From: Acanthaster planci
Lineage: Eukaryota
DNA: 64,000 nt
Direction: 5' to 3'
Assembly: GCF_001949145.1 (NCBI RefSeq)
Contig: NW_019091360.1
Span: forward strand, 3,098,864 to 3,162,863
Both the position numbers and the translations under genes were made by a program. Below the pieces are notes generated by a model. It searched no databases. It saw only the letters and a program-made list of their open reading frames with translations, and was not told where the DNA came from. Shown in pieces: positions 61,001 to 64,000 of this stretch. The stretch's first letter is position 1. The number at the start of each line of letters is the position of its first letter.

Positions 61001-62899
61001 ATCAGAGAGTAAGATCTTTTTTTCATTCTTTAAACAGTTCATTCAATTTTTCAAGAGGTTTGGACTAGTTGAAGGCATGTTCTTGACTGTTAGCTACATG
61101 TAGGGGTCCCACCTGACAGATTTGCAAGTCCTCGACACCTCCAGGAGTTGATGATGTGTGACAGTGCGCCTCCAGCCAAGCACTCCTGGTTCTCCTCCCC
61201 ATGAGCATGGCCAGTATCAGGCACAGTTGTATTGCGGAATTAAGAGTGCAAATGCTGCTCTTATGAACACATTGGGTTCCAAATCCACACAAAAGTTGGG
61301 TATGGTGGTTATTTAGTATAATGCCATTTAAGTTGTGACAAAGAGCAGAGATGCTGTCGCGGTAATGTTTCCAGTCCTACCAACAGACCCACACTTGATC
61401 TTGTTTCACGTTTTCCCAGTCAAGTATGGGGGAGGATGGGGGCATGTGCCCTCCTCCAGCAGATGCCCACACACCCTGGTGACCCCCCCACCCATTGGAA
61501 ATCTCCATTGAGTTTAAATAGCTGTGCAGCTACGGCTTATTTTCTTGTGGTGCCCCCTTGAAAAAATGTGTACACCCCCGGGTTCCCCCCTCCCCCCATC
61601 GGAACTTGACCCTTTGTTACGCCACTGGCTCGGTCACTGACAGCTTTGTGTTGACATGTTGACATTATTCCGACATTATTCTGGCAGCTTTGCATCTTTG
61701 TTCCCGAGCACAAACAATGCTACTGTCAAAATTGTTGTGAAAATGAAGTTTTGAAAATATGATCCTGCAAAATATTTGAAATTGAATAAGAGAAGGGTTG
61801 CTCTTTCCAAATATTGCAAAACCCCCAAATTGACCTCCAGTTCATTATGACTTTGAACCCTCAAAGGAAAGAGCGGGATGCGACTTTACTCTCGGGTTGT
61901 TGTGACGTGCCAAAGCTCATTCGATGACCGACATGTATTTTGTAAGCAATTACATTGAAATGTAGCACCTGTAAGAGACGGATTATGCAAAAGTTTTGGA
62001 TCATTTGTGGCACTACGACAAATATCTAATGCCTTTTGATCATTTTTGTTGCTTGTGGAAAATGTCTTTTTCATCGAACAAAAGCTTGCTGCTTTCAGCT
62101 AACGTGCAGAGCACATGTGTGGTGGCTGGTACATGTACATGTACATGTATGATGTACATGTACACAGGTACCGCAGATCCAGAACCAAATTAAGCTATGT
62201 GATGCCTACAATCTTATCAACTTGTGCCAAATCTACTGAAATTAGCCAATTCAAGATGATTGCGGTAGGGCAAAGTTCAACTGAATCACATTTTCCGGTA
62301 TTTTCCGACTTCATGAAGAGACAACATTGTCTTCCGTAGGCATACCGGTAGCATTAGCAACCAAGGGCAAACTTTGTTTTACATGTTTGAGACTCTGAGA
62401 CAAAGCTGACTCCAGAATTGTATGTAAATGTAACAGTTTTACACCTGACATGCACTATGGCCAAAATCTGAACTGTGTTGTCGTCTTCATGAAGAGACAA
62501 AAGTGATACAAATTTTATCACTTTCATGAACAGACAAAAGTGTTTGTTTACAAAATAAACAAATTAAATTAATTTCTGTGAAACTTATTTTGTAGTTTTG
62601 TGTCATTTAATATCCATTCTTTCAGGAAGTACAATGTTGCATTGGTTTTAGTCAAAGGAACGCTAAAATCCTGGAGAAACTAGTGTTTGAAAAAGAGACC
62701 ATCAACTTCAAATGCAATTTTCTGGACAACTTGTTTTTAAACTCAGGTGAGACTTTCGTCTCTTCATGAAAACAGTGATTTTATGCAGGTTGGAGAGTAG
62801 AACATGGCGATGGTCGTTATGATGTTCATGGTATCTTGTACATGTATGTTCAGAGGGTGTGTTGAGATACATGTATGTACCTGTGTAGTGGATTCCAAT

Positions 62900-62963
62900 C
62901 AGTGGCGGCAAAGTTGGGGGGGGGGGAGAGTGGTCCCCTGCCCTCACCCCTCCGCTGCCAGTG
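62900..62963. mobile_element. 64-bp hAT-type mini-MITE with a perfect 8-bp TSD
   Basis: ATTCCAAT (62892-62899), CAGTGGCGGC...CCGCTGCCAGTG, ATTCCAAT (62964-62971). Confidence 0.8.
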
Positions 62964-64000
62964 ATTCCAATCATCCCACGATGAAGCAGTTTCTGAACCT
63001 CCAGATAGATTTTTGGACCAATTTCCTGATTTTTGTGAATCAGACAGGTCAGATTTGGAAATGAGAGCACTAAATGCAGTGCACCTTTCGATTGAGTGAT
63101 ATTGCTTGGATATATGCACCATTCAAAAATGAGTTGTAAATGGATAGGTGTAGATGCCGGTAAGAGGCAGAATTGAAATTGAATCAGAGAAATGCCATCA
63201 TCTAGTTATATCTGCATAGGGAATCCCTTGACACCTTGATCATTAGAGACACTCGTTAAAAGCAGTACTGCGGTGCTTAAAATTTGTCGTAAGTTGGTTT
63301 GCGATGCAAACTGTATGTACATGCGAAAGAGCAGGGCTGTGAAAATTTAGCAGGGCGGCGTACTCCTAAAACTCCATCCATAGAAGGCTGACCCAACCGC
63401 TGAAAACCTTGACTCGTTAAATTCAAGCTTAAAGTTTAAATTAATTGCCTGCATGTCATCAAACTTGTCCACCTGTTACTTAAAGATAATGTAGAGCTTC
63501 ATCAGATCCATCAGAATTTACAATGAACTGAGTCATCATCGTAGAATTGAATGGCCATCAGGCAGCATTGTTCATGGGGAGATAAATTATGGAGGAAGGG
63601 GGCAAAAACTATGATGGTGGTACCCTCTTAAAAAGTTTGGACTACTGCCCCCTTTAAATCCTGTCAGGTTGAAATTACAAGTTTAAAGTGAAATCGTCAG
63701 TTTTTCATGAGGAAACATGCTATTTGCTTACCGGTAATCTCCCCTAGATGAAGAAAGATGCACCAGACTATTGGCAGACTTATGAATAATCCGCAGTCAT
63801 CCATTCCTGAAACTGGAATGTACCCCAGTAGCGAAATCAACTCTTACATTCAGATTCAAATATGTGTCCATTCAACAGCTTTACAAAGTTAGTGAAATGT
63901 GCAAAGTTCACTTTCCTTCACCCAAAACACAATATTACAAATTCAAAAACTTCAGTTACTTAAAACCATAGAGCTACAGTATATTAAATGACTAGAGTGC

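Overview
Eukaryotic, intron-rich genomic DNA, AT-rich and dense in small transposon relics. A marine invertebrate such as an echinoderm is plausible from repeat style and gene families, but this is inference only. Manual splicing (GT-AG sites, consistent phases) gives three intact genes. (1) An 8-exon Aa_trans/AVT1-like amino-acid transporter (+, 6334-15745, 459 aa). (2) A 12-coding-exon NWD1/NWD2-type STAND protein with a DUF4062-like N-terminus, NACHT domain and WD40 repeats (+, 28969-49434, 1688 aa), ending in a polybasic-CaaX tail. (3) A 5-exon SLC46/PCFT-like MFS transporter (-, 55652-52373, 484 aa). An SLC16/MCT pseudogene (-, about 18711-17389) is frameshifted, lacks its 5' half, and abuts a nest of decayed retroelements: a Penelope-like RT and an Ingi/Vingi-like LINE interrupted by a palindromic MITE. 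Highlights: a 170-bp insertion with a 13-bp target-site duplication carrying an intact minimal hammerhead ribozyme (2092-2261), the K-Ras4B-like membrane anchor and stacked uORFs of the NWD gene, acidic dileucine motifs on both intact transporters, alternating CpG-rich and CpG-poor domains, and many MITEs with clear TSDs. There is one assembly gap (30378-30689). No prokaryotic systems, CRISPR arrays, rRNA or complete tRNA genes were seen.
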